A program made the position numbers and the translations under genes. The notes under the pieces are model-generated. The model had not been told where the DNA came from and did no database searches. It worked only from the letters and a program-made list of their open reading frames with translations. Of a stretch of 64,000 nucleotides of DNA, positions 54,872 through 63,220 are shown in pieces. The stretch comes from a virus (lineage: Duplodnaviria; Caudoviricetes). The stretch is taken from positions 1-64,000 of the IMG/VR virus record IMGVR_UViG_3300028048_001915; one strand, written 5' to 3'. The first letter of the stretch is position 1. Each line of letters opens with the position of its first letter.

Positions 54872-56605
54872 TTATTTTCCTATTGGAATTTTCACTTTCC
54901 TACGTTTACGAGTAACATCCAAACCATCAATAGCTTCCAAGAAATACTCATTAAACAAATACCTATAATTAGATAATAAACTTTCAAAATCCGCATCTAA
55001 AACATAAGTAATACAATAATCATCCATATCACGTATACCTCTACCATAAGCCTGCATTAATGGCATGATAGTTTGATACATATACCAGGATAAATCATAT
55101 CTTTTACGAATGTTGATCTGTTTTCCTGCAAGACTTGGGAAAGGCATTTTATATAATATTTGGAATCTGCATTTATCACCTTTAAAATCAACTCCATCTT
55201 TTACACCCGCACCTATGAGTATTGTTGGTTTGCGACTTTTTTCGAATTGTTCGATGAATTTGCTGCGGTCTTTTCCTCCAGCTATCATTATTTTATGAGT
55301 GGTGGATAATTCTTGTTTTAACCACCATGCTTGTTGGTTGCTGGATACATGGATTACTCCTTTTTCGTTTTTGTGTTTGTCGAGTATTTCTTCGATTTTG
55401 TTTAATCCGTTAATGTTTTTCCAGTTTCCTCGTTTCATATTCCCCACATAGTCTCTGATTATAGGCCTATTCTTACGTGGGAATGGTGATTTTACGTATA
55501 TGTAGTATGTTTTTTCTGGGTTGAGTCCTATCCAGTAGCAGAATTTTTCTTTGTTTCCTAATGTTCCTGTCATGAATAGTCTTGTTCCTCCGAAGTGTAG
55601 GAGTGTTTCACTGTAGTCTTTTATCATTAATGGTTTGAATTCTGCTTTTAATCCGATATGATAATCGTCTTGTTGGATCTCTTTTTTGGTTGGTATTTCG
55701 ATGATTAAACTATTGTCTTTTAATTGTTTTCGTAACTCTTCAAATTGGTTAATTTTTCTTTCATAATGATTTAATGTATCATCATTGAAAGAATCTGATA
55801 TGCTCATGTTTTCACGGCCACCATAAGTTTCATTAATATACCTTGTGAATTGGATTTTTGTTTCATTGATTAATTTTTCACATACTCCAATCCAGTATAA
55901 TGGACCTTCCATTTTCTTTAAAGTTAAACCATGTTCTAAACCATCAAAAATATCAAAATCATAATCTTTTTTAATGGTTTTACGATTCAATGTTACTGTT
56001 ACTAATTGCATTACTTTTTTCTCAAAATTATGAGTTTCATCCAAGATTAACAAGTCTCTTTCAGGTAATGCTTGTGCAAAGTTTCCAGCATAATATAAAT
56101 AATCATAGTTAGTGATTATTGCTGGTGAAAGTAATGCTTCCTGTATTGCTTGATTGTATGGGCAGTCTCCACATTTTTTAGGTTTTTTAGGTTTCTCCGG
56201 TGCAGCATATTTTCCAGGATTTTGTTTATGTTTTTTTAATGCTATACTGTAGCTTTCTAACATTTTTTGGTATTGTTCGTTAATGTTACATGGTTCGCAG
56301 GAGCCATCATAATTACATGGGTAATTACTTCTTCCTTTGATTTCTTTTAACATATCTTTGAAATCATGTAGGTATTGTTCCTGGAGTTGGTTTGTCATTG
56401 TGCAAATGTATGTAGTTTCGAAGTAGTTTGCTATAGTTGTTGCAATAGCGGATTTTCCTACTCCGGTTCCTGCTTCCAGAATAATATTTTCATATCCTTT
56501 ATTGATTGCTGTTAATATTTCATCAATAATTTTTTCTTGTTCTGGTCTTGGATTATATCCTTTTAAACTCCATTTTTCCATATTCATTATTTTTTCACCT
56601 CCCAT
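54872..56605 (-). CDS. DinG/XPD (Rad3-related) SF2 helicase
   Basis: ILEAGTGVGKS, ILDETHN, MTGT, DGVDFKGDKCRFQILYKMPFP, QAYGRGIRDMDD; Cys cluster. Confidence 0.9.
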   Translation of the reverse strand: MGGEKIMNMEKWSLKGYNPRPEQEKIIDEILTAINKGYENIILEAGTGVGKSAIATTIANYFETTYICTMTNQLQEQYLHDFKDMLKEIKGRSNYPCNYDGSCEPCNINEQYQKMLESYSIALKKHKQNPGKYAAPEKPKKPKKCGDCPYNQAIQEALLSPAIITNYDYLYYAGNFAQALPERDLLILDETHNFEKKVMQLVTVTLNRKTIKKDYDFDIFDGLEHGLTLKKMEGPLYWIGVCEKLINETKIQFTRYINETYGGRENMSISDSFNDDTLNHYERKINQFEELRKQLKDNSLIIEIPTKKEIQQDDYHIGLKAEFKPLMIKDYSETLLHFGGTRLFMTGTLGNKEKFCYWIGLNPEKTYYIYVKSPFPRKNRPIIRDYVGNMKRGNWKNINGLNKIEEILDKHKNEKGVIHVSSNQQAWWLKQELSTTHKIMIAGGKDRSKFIEQFEKSRKPTILIGAGVKDGVDFKGDKCRFQILYKMPFPSLAGKQINIRKRYDLSWYMYQTIMPLMQAYGRGIRDMDDYCITYVLDADFESLLSNYRYLFNEYFLEAIDGLDVTRKRRKVKIPIGK

Positions 56606-57078
56606 TCTGTTGGGTAATTTTCTTTTACGTATTGCCAGTCATCGAATAGTTGTTGTTGATCTTTTAGGTCATGTGTGTAATCTTGGTATGCGTCGAATAG
56701 TATGTCTTCGAGTTCTTCTTCATCTTTGATTTCAAGTATTTTCATTACTTCTTCCATGTCTCTTGGGTCTGGTTTTCCTCCTCCTCGGTATGGTGCCCAG
56801 ATTCTTAGCCATGCATCACTGTTTTTCTTGTTTCTGATTTTTTCTTCCATGTTTTCTTCATAGTAGGTGTCTTCGAGGAGTAGGTAGATTTTCATTTTTG
56901 CCATGTTCATTGCTTTTTGTTGTTCTAGTAGTTCTGCTCCCCTTTGTTCTCCGTTTTTGTCTGTGTAGTCTAACCATGATTCTAGGCATTCGGTGAAGAA
57001 TTTGCTTAGGTTTGGTATGTGTTTTTTTGCGATTGTTAGTAAGTCTTCATCGATTGATAATTTGATATCTTTTTTCAT
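56587..57078 (-). CDS. Protein with an N-terminal ribbon-helix-helix-like DNA-binding domain
   Basis: MKKDIKLSIDEDLLTIAKKHIPNLSKFFTECL. Confidence 0.5.
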   Translation of the reverse strand: MKKDIKLSIDEDLLTIAKKHIPNLSKFFTECLESWLDYTDKNGEQRGAELLEQQKAMNMAKMKIYLLLEDTYYEENMEEKIRNKKNSDAWLRIWAPYRGGGKPDPRDMEEVMKILEIKDEEELEDILFDAYQDYTHDLKDQQQLFDDWQYVKENYPTEWEVKK

Positions 57079-57154
57079 TTTTTTCCACTTCCTTTTTTTA
57101 ATACTTTTTTGTTTTTTAGTAATACACTCGTGAAGGGTTTAACCCCTACAATCC

Positions 57155-57195
57155 AAATACGACCGTACGGTCATAACGGTCGTACGACCGTATTT
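57155..57195. promoter_or_regulatory. GC-rich tandem palindromes; candidate replication origin or protein-binding site
   Basis: GACCGTACGGTC (57161-57172) and ACGGTCGTACGACCGT (57176-57191) are both perfect palindromes, flanked by AAATAC...GTATTT. Confidence 0.5.
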
Positions 57196-57236
57196 CAGTA
57201 TACCCCCTATATAGCGAATTCGGTGTAAAATAAATT

Positions 57237-59213
57237 TTACAAAATACTCTTCCTAACATTAGAAACAGCCTCCTCAAAAATCATATCCAAATCACAACTC
57301 CTACTCTTACAAATAGGACCCAATTCCATACGAACATCAGACAAAACACCATCATCCAAAATACCATCATTCATCTGAATACGAGCACGTAACATCCTCT
57401 CAGCATCATTAACAACCAACATCTCACTATCAGACCACACATGCTCCAACACACCCGCAGTCTCAGGAGACAAACCAATAGACTCCAAAGCCTTACTATA
57501 AATACGAATAGCATTACGAGCATCATCAACACTAACAACATCAGACAAACGAGTCTTAGCCTTAGCAATACTCAAACGCTCAATAGCCTTCAAATCCCTA
57601 GCAGTAATAGGCTTAGCAGAATCATCACCCTGAGCAACATTACGAGTACTAACATAAAATTCAGTTAACAAAACCTTAGCCTCATCAGACAAAACCGGAA
57701 AACACTCCATCTTAGCATAAGTAATATACTTCTTAAAACACTCATCAGACAAAGCCTCAACATCATTAACAAACCGCTCCTTATTCAACAAATTAGTAGC
57801 TAACTCACGGTCTTTCTTTTCATCAATAATATCTTCTAAAGCAAAAACCAAATCAAACCTAGATAAATTACTATCTGGAATATCAATCTGTTCTTTCACA
57901 GTCTTGTAACGATTAAACTTACTATATTTCGGATTAGCACAAGCTAAAATACTTGTACGGGCACTCATATTCTGAACCAAACCTGCTTTGGCAGAAGATA
58001 CAGACAATTGTTCCATAGGCTCATTCAAAGACTTCTGAGTACCCGCACTAAGCTTATCATATTCATCAATACATAACAAACCAGTATCTGCTAAGACAAC
58101 AGCACCTGCTTCCATAGCCCAAGTACCAGTCAATTCATCTTTAACAGCAGACACAGTTAAACCGGCTTTACTTGTACTTGTACCAGCAATACTGATAATT
58201 TTAGGTGCACGCTGATTAACCGCAGATATAATTTGTGATTTACCAATACCTGGATCACCAATTAATAAAATATGAATTGTCCACCTATCCATTTGACTAG
58301 TTTTAACACTATCATTAGATGGTCTAGCACCCTCAAATAATTGCAACAATAAACCTTCCTTAACAGTATCATAACCATAAATCTCAGGAGCTAAAGTACC
58401 AACTAATCTATCATAAATATCCTCTTGTTGAGATAGTTCATGAATCATTTTTTTATCAGATTCAGTAATCCTATAATCCTCAAAAGCATCATCAACAGGA
58501 GCAATATTATGCAAGTTAATCATGAATTCAAACTCATTCTTATTAGGTTCACTTTTCTCAATATCAAACTTACCAAAAATATCACAAACATCACCAGCTT
58601 TTAATTTATGCTGAGGTGAAGCTAAATAATCAGTCATATAACCTTTGAACTCACGACTAACACCACCTTGACGGAATTCCAAAGGTTCTTCTAATTTAAC
58701 ATATCGAGTATTTTTAAAAGTGCTGCTTTCAGTTAATAATCTGAAAGATCTACCCCCACATTCATTACATAATGAAGGCACAACAACACTTTTACTATTA
58801 GACATATCAATATAATGTAAACGCATACAACCTCTACATTCAAAAGCAGCTTTTTCAATCTCAACATGTATTGGAGTGATATTTTTAATCATAGCTTTAG
58901 TACTGATTAAATCACCATTATATGTTGTATCCAAGTCATGTAAGAGTACATTTGGAGGTATGTCAACTAATTTAAAAGTGATATGGTGTTTTTCACTTCG
59001 GTTTTTATTCACTTTTTCTTCAGCGTAAGCTAACATTGCTTCCCATGATAAATCAAAAAGATTTTTATCTAAAAGTTCTAAAAAGAAGTTATTAACCAAA
59101 GTATAATCTATATTTACTTTGGTTTGTGTCTTACACTCTTTAGCATAAGCCAATTCTTCTTTATAGTTTTCTTTTATGAAGTTCATGAAAAGTTTTTTGG
59201 GATTAGCACCCAT
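57237..59213 (-). CDS. mcm: MCM replicative helicase
   Basis: Zn finger CRGC...CNEC, HILLIGDPGIGKSQ, LTVSAVKD, CIDEYDK, ILACANP, SRFDL, ITARDL. Confidence 0.95.
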   Translation of the reverse strand: MGANPKKLFMNFIKENYKEELAYAKECKTQTKVNIDYTLVNNFFLELLDKNLFDLSWEAMLAYAEEKVNKNRSEKHHITFKLVDIPPNVLLHDLDTTYNGDLISTKAMIKNITPIHVEIEKAAFECRGCMRLHYIDMSNSKSVVVPSLCNECGGRSFRLLTESSTFKNTRYVKLEEPLEFRQGGVSREFKGYMTDYLASPQHKLKAGDVCDIFGKFDIEKSEPNKNEFEFMINLHNIAPVDDAFEDYRITESDKKMIHELSQQEDIYDRLVGTLAPEIYGYDTVKEGLLLQLFEGARPSNDSVKTSQMDRWTIHILLIGDPGIGKSQIISAVNQRAPKIISIAGTSTSKAGLTVSAVKDELTGTWAMEAGAVVLADTGLLCIDEYDKLSAGTQKSLNEPMEQLSVSSAKAGLVQNMSARTSILACANPKYSKFNRYKTVKEQIDIPDSNLSRFDLVFALEDIIDEKKDRELATNLLNKERFVNDVEALSDECFKKYITYAKMECFPVLSDEAKVLLTEFYVSTRNVAQGDDSAKPITARDLKAIERLSIAKAKTRLSDVVSVDDARNAIRIYSKALESIGLSPETAGVLEHVWSDSEMLVVNDAERMLRARIQMNDGILDDGVLSDVRMELGPICKSRSCDLDMIFEEAVSNVRKSIL

Positions 59214-59236
59214 ATTCTACCTCCAGATGTCAATTG

Positions 59237-60154
59237 TTATTCGACTAATTCTTTTTTAGCTGTTCTGTATTCATCTAAAGTTACTTCATTTTCTTCATAT
59301 AAACGAAGTAACTCTGCTACGATATTTTCACGAGTTACCTTTGTTTTATTTGCTTGTAAGTTTGCAATAGCTAAACCTACTTGAGGGTACTCTTCTTTTA
59401 ATACTTTGATTGTTTTCTTTTTAGGTTTAGATTCTTTTTTAGGTTCCTCATTTGTTACGAGTTCTGCTTCCACTACTTCAGCAGGTTCCTCCTTAACTAC
59501 TTCTGCTTTGGTTTCGATAGGTTCATTTTTTGGTTTGTTTGGCCTATCAGCAGCAGTTTTTTTAACTGTTTTTTTCACAGTTTTTTTACTTTTCTTAACA
59601 GATTTTTTCTCAGCACCCCTCTCTTCTGCAGAAACTTCACCTGCACCTATAAGGTCAGATATTGCTCTGCTTTTTGCCCTTGTATGTGCTGTTGATGGGA
59701 CATCGTGTTCAGCATTGCTGAACCTACCACGTAAAATGAAATTACTTGGTGTTTCTTTATCTGCTGGATATTTAGGTGTTCCTTTGTATCTGATTTTATC
59801 ATATATGCTGCAGGACCCTACTGCGGTAGCTGATCTACCATTTGGTAGTACTGCTCTGACGTAATATTTAGCAGAGACGATTTGATTTGTCTCGTCTCTT
59901 GTGATTTCTTCATTGACTACTTCATCTGAAATATTGAATGCTGTAGCTAATTTCCTCCATGCGGATTTCTTTTTTGCTTTTTTGTCTCCGATTTGTTGGT
60001 AATCGGATTCGTCTAATAGTCTTTCGACTAATTCTTGATAATTGTTCATGAATGCTTCTGCTGCATCCACGTCAACTATGTCAAATTGGTTTACTATGGA
60101 AGTTGGTGCAGTAGATTCAACTACTGCTACTTCTCCTGTCATTTCTTCAGCCAT
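59237..60154 (-). CDS. Putative ssDNA-annealing/recombination protein (Rad52/ERF-like) with basic-acidic tail
   Basis: VRAVLPNGRSATAVGSC...AHTRAKSRAISDLIG; adjacent to MCM. Confidence 0.5.
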   Translation of the reverse strand: MAEEMTGEVAVVESTAPTSIVNQFDIVDVDAAEAFMNNYQELVERLLDESDYQQIGDKKAKKKSAWRKLATAFNISDEVVNEEITRDETNQIVSAKYYVRAVLPNGRSATAVGSCSIYDKIRYKGTPKYPADKETPSNFILRGRFSNAEHDVPSTAHTRAKSRAISDLIGAGEVSAEERGAEKKSVKKSKKTVKKTVKKTAADRPNKPKNEPIETKAEVVKEEPAEVVEAELVTNEEPKKESKPKKKTIKVLKEEYPQVGLAIANLQANKTKVTRENIVAELLRLYEENEVTLDEYRTAKKELVE

Positions 60155-60168
60155 TATAAATCACCATT

Positions 60169-60555
60169 TTATTCTTCGTAGTATTCTTCATCATCTTCTT
60201 CATAGATGACTTTGCGGTCTGGATCTACTTGGACTTTATAACTCCTTGTTGGGTATTCCTGGTCTTCTTTTGGTGGAATGATTTTCACTAATTCCACATG
60301 TAAAAAGTCACCGATTGCTACTTTTTTGTAGAATCTTTGTAAATGTGCATGTGTAGGTAAGTGTTGGAGTAATGGTTCTCCTTCTTCATCTTCACCTACT
60401 TCCAAAACCATGCCTTTACGACCGTAGCTGTCTTTGTAAAATTCGTATAAATTCCCTTCCACATTATCCCCTACTTTTTCAAATTTAGGGTATTTTGTGA
60501 AGTTGTTTTCTTCTTCAGGTTCTAATGTTTCCCATGCCATAATTTTTGCCTCCAA
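60169..60555 (-). CDS. Putative OB-fold ssDNA-binding protein
   Basis: GDNVEG...VAIGDFLHVELVK...YKVQV with acidic C-terminal tail. Confidence 0.5.
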   Translation of the reverse strand: MEAKIMAWETLEPEEENNFTKYPKFEKVGDNVEGNLYEFYKDSYGRKGMVLEVGEDEEGEPLLQHLPTHAHLQRFYKKVAIGDFLHVELVKIIPPKEDQEYPTRSYKVQVDPDRKVIYEEDDEEYYEE

Positions 60556-60556
60556 A

Positions 60557-60871
60557 TTAGTTTTTTATGAATTGCATACAAACAAAACGCAATTCTATAT
60601 TATTTAATTCAATTTCGCTTAATTCTGTGAAATGTTTAGGTAGTTTTCCTCCTTTAGTGAATATGCTTATGCATACATCATCAGGGTTGATGATTATATT
60701 TCCAGGATTGTATTCTAATCCTAAACATTTGGCCAGATCTTTATGTCCGACCATTGATTTTGCCCCGTAGCATAGGGCTTTAAATTCTTCATAACTTAGT
60801 TCTTTTTGGATTATGAGTACATCATAATCCGATAACATCGCTGGGCTGTACCCGTTGATTACATACTTCAT
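60557..60871 (-). CDS. DUF1874 (STIV B116/AcrIII-1)-like protein (start revised to 60871)
   Basis: GAAGGAG SD; MKYVINGYSPAML...ELSYEEFKAL...KSMVGHKDLAKCLG...N.GNIIINPDD...KLP; the layout and GH motif resemble DUF1874. Confidence 0.6.
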   Translation of the reverse strand: MKYVINGYSPAMLSDYDVLIIQKELSYEEFKALCYGAKSMVGHKDLAKCLGLEYNPGNIIINPDDVCISIFTKGGKLPKHFTELSEIELNNIELRFVCMQFIKN

Positions 60872-61053
60872 TTTTTCACAACTCCTTCTCTTCTTTGGTT
60901 TTGCCTTATGAGGCATTTACCTGGATTGTTATAATAATTGTCTAGGTCTTCGCAGCCGTGTATGCATTGACCGCAACAATTGTCATTGAAGACCAAGATG
61001 TTTCTTTGAGTATAAGCTTCCATTTTATGTGAGTCCTCCATTATAATAGACAT
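60868..61053 (-). CDS. Small Cys-containing protein
   Basis: ORF track; CCGQCIHGC. Confidence 0.45.
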   Translation of the reverse strand: MSIIMEDSHKMEAYTQRNILVFNDNCCGQCIHGCEDLDNYYNNPGKCLIRQNQRREGVVKK

Positions 61054-61267
61054 TTGCTTCTGTACCAGTTAATCCGGCACCATATTTTACGAATATTAAT
61101 ACTAAGGTTATCATTAGGATGATTATTCCGAAGAATATTATGTATGGTGCGATTTTGTTGCACCATTTCTCAAACCTGCTACGTGTGTCTTTGTGGAGGC
61201 TTTTCGGTTTTTTGAAATTATAACCAAAAAGTACTAGGAATAATTGTACAATGCCTATAATGTTCAT
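61025..61267 (-). CDS. Small membrane protein
   Basis: Two hydrophobic segments. Confidence 0.55.
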   Translation of the reverse strand: MNIIGIVQLFLVLFGYNFKKPKSLHKDTRSRFEKWCNKIAPYIIFFGIIILMITLVLIFVKYGAGLTGTEANVYYNGGLT

Positions 61268-61560
61268 AGTTTCACCTCCTGAATGTGGCTAGCTATTTTT
61301 AAGATATCCTCACTGTTTTTGAGGATTATACAGTGTAAGTATGCATTATCCTTTGTTGTTGTGTGTGGGATGTCCAATGATTCCACTAATGTTCTCATTG
61401 CATTGAATGACCCATCTTTTGTGGTTAATTGCAATGCGTATTCTGTTGATATTGCTCGTGGGTTGTAATTTGATTGTCTTGCTACGAAATTACATGGTGT
61501 ATTATAGTTTTCATGGAGATATCCTTTGATGTCTTTTTCTGCTAAGAGTATGTCATTCAT
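61264..61560 (-). CDS. Hypothetical protein
   Basis: ORF track. Confidence 0.55.
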   Translation of the reverse strand: MNDILLAEKDIKGYLHENYNTPCNFVARQSNYNPRAISTEYALQLTTKDGSFNAMRTLVESLDIPHTTTKDNAYLHCIILKNSEDILKIASHIQEVKL

Positions 61561-61862
61561 TGGATCACCTCTGGTGCATCCATTAACATGTCCTTTAACT
61601 GTCTTATTTTATTGAGAATTACTGGTTTGTGTTGGTTGATGTAACTGTATTCTGAACCGTAGAGTATTGCTTCAGCTCTTCGGATTTCCAGTATTTTCTC
61701 CCATTGTTTTATGTGGAGACTGTAATATTTTTTATCTCCTAACATATGGGATTTTATCCCTTTTTTGACTACATGAGCCTTGATTTCTTCTTTGATTTCT
61801 TCTTTTTCTTCTTGTAAAGAAGAAATGCTTTTTTCAAAATAAGTTTTTGAGGTAGCATTCAT
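61557..61862 (-). CDS. Hypothetical coiled-coil protein
   Basis: ORF track frame (MNATSK...). Confidence 0.55.
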   Translation of the reverse strand: MNATSKTYFEKSISSLQEEKEEIKEEIKAHVVKKGIKSHMLGDKKYYSLHIKQWEKILEIRRAEAILYGSEYSYINQHKPVILNKIRQLKDMLMDAPEVIQ

Positions 61863-62356
61863 TCTACCACCCCAGCATTCCATGGTACACTATAAACCAT
61901 ATGAATATCTACATCAGGCACATAATGTTCACTGTTTAAAATTAGTACTGGTGGGATACTCCAGTTTTTCCAAGCATTTTGTAATGCTTTTAATGGTGTT
62001 TTCCCACTTGAGATTGGTGCACCATAATCATCACCATATGGTACATTATGGTATACTCTGAATCTGTCATTATATTCATCTAATGCATATAAGTGTGCAT
62101 TATGGTGGAGTATATTATATGGTGCTTGTTTTTTCGCTTTTTTGTAGATGTTTTCTAAGTCTTCTATTGCTTCTATGAGTTCTGTTTCATCGATTCCACA
62201 GTATTTTATTGTGGAGAATGATGGGAAGCTTGTTTTGTAGACTCTTTCATTAGATAGGAATGTTATAATTTCCATTAATTTATCTGCTTCCCTACTTAAT
62301 TCAGTAGGGTTTTTTGTTAAGCGGTAGTTGTTCCTATTCATTAGAAACACCACCAT
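61859..62356 (-). CDS. Hypothetical protein
   Basis: ORF track. Confidence 0.55.
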   Translation of the reverse strand: MVVFLMNRNNYRLTKNPTELSREADKLMEIITFLSNERVYKTSFPSFSTIKYCGIDETELIEAIEDLENIYKKAKKQAPYNILHHNAHLYALDEYNDRFRVYHNVPYGDDYGAPISSGKTPLKALQNAWKNWSIPPVLILNSEHYVPDVDIHMVYSVPWNAGVVE

Positions 62357-62489
62357 TTAAAAGTAGTTCTTTTAGTTCATCATAGCCTTCACTTCTTCTG
62401 AGGTGATCTATGATTTCTTTTTCGGTGCCTATGATGGCACCGTTTATTGAGAGGGCGGGTTGCCCATTATAGTTGACTATATCTAACAT
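62334..62489 (-). CDS. 51-aa protein, first gene of the leftward early operon (not in the ORF track)
   Basis: GAGGA SD; MLDIVNYNGQPALSINGAIIGTEKEIIDHLRRSEGYDELKELLLNGGVSNE. Confidence 0.55.
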   Translation of the reverse strand: MLDIVNYNGQPALSINGAIIGTEKEIIDHLRRSEGYDELKELLLNGGVSNE

Positions 62490-62589
62490 ATTTTATCCTC
62501 GCAGGAATTACTAGATGATTTTTCATGACGGCCATCATGAAATTTCATCTGCATATTAATGTTGGTTTTGCTATTATTTAAATGTTACT

Positions 62590-62703
62590 ACTATTATAAT
62601 AGTTATAATCGTTTCTACTATAAACTAAATAAACACAAAATATATATAAGTGACTTCTTACAGACTATATTATAACTATTATAATAATTGAAACTATTAT
62701 AAT
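62590..62703. promoter_or_regulatory. Divergent control region with three ACTATTATAAT repeats
   Basis: Copies at 62590, 62675 and 62693; the first lies within the perfect palindrome CTATTATAATAG (62591-62602). Confidence 0.5.
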
Positions 62704-62733
62704 GATTAAAATATTTAATCAAGGTGATTTAGA

Positions 62734-62904
62734 GTGAAAAAATATACAACAAAAGTAAATTATGCGAACCTCCAGAACAATTCATTAAGATGCGGAATAC
62801 CAAAAGAAATAGTAGACCATTTACAAATTGAACCTGGAGATAGTGTAAAATGGATACTTGATGAAACATCAGGAACCGTAACTGTTGAAAAATTAGATTT
62901 ATAA
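62734..62904 (+). CDS. AbrB/MazE/SpoVT-family transcription regulator (56 aa; not in the ORF track)
   Basis: AAGGTGA SD, GTG start; SLRCGIPKEIVDHLQIEPGDSVKW...TVTVEK. Confidence 0.8.
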   Translation: MKKYTTKVNYANLQNNSLRCGIPKEIVDHLQIEPGDSVKWILDETSGTVTVEKLDL

Positions 62905-63100
62905 TAATAATTTAATTTTTTTATAATTAAAAAAAAGCTATATAAATTGACGATAGCTTTCGCTAAAGCAATTAAACTTCTCCTTTCGTTGGAGACTATA
63001 TAAAAATATGTAAATAAGTTTATATAGCATTTTAGACTTATATAATTACAGGTTACGGAATACATCTTATCCTCGCAGGTAACTTGTTTTTATGTAACCA

Positions 63101-63148
63101 AAAAGGTATAGGTGAGGAACGGCCATTCCTACGACCCTATACTTTTTT
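63101..63148. terminator. Imperfect hairpin with T/A tracts between convergent genes
   Basis: AAAAGGTATAGG...AGGAA-CGGCCA-TTCCT...CCTATACTTTTTT. Confidence 0.45.
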
Positions 63149-63220
63149 TATGTTACAAATATTATATTGTAAAAATCTACTTTTATATAATTTTCTAAAA
63201 AACTAAGAAAACTATTTTTT

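Noticed and set aside
62760-63065. Minus-strand 101-aa ORF from the track
   Set aside because: It overlaps the much better supported + strand AbrB-like gene (62734..62904) and has no recognisable features.
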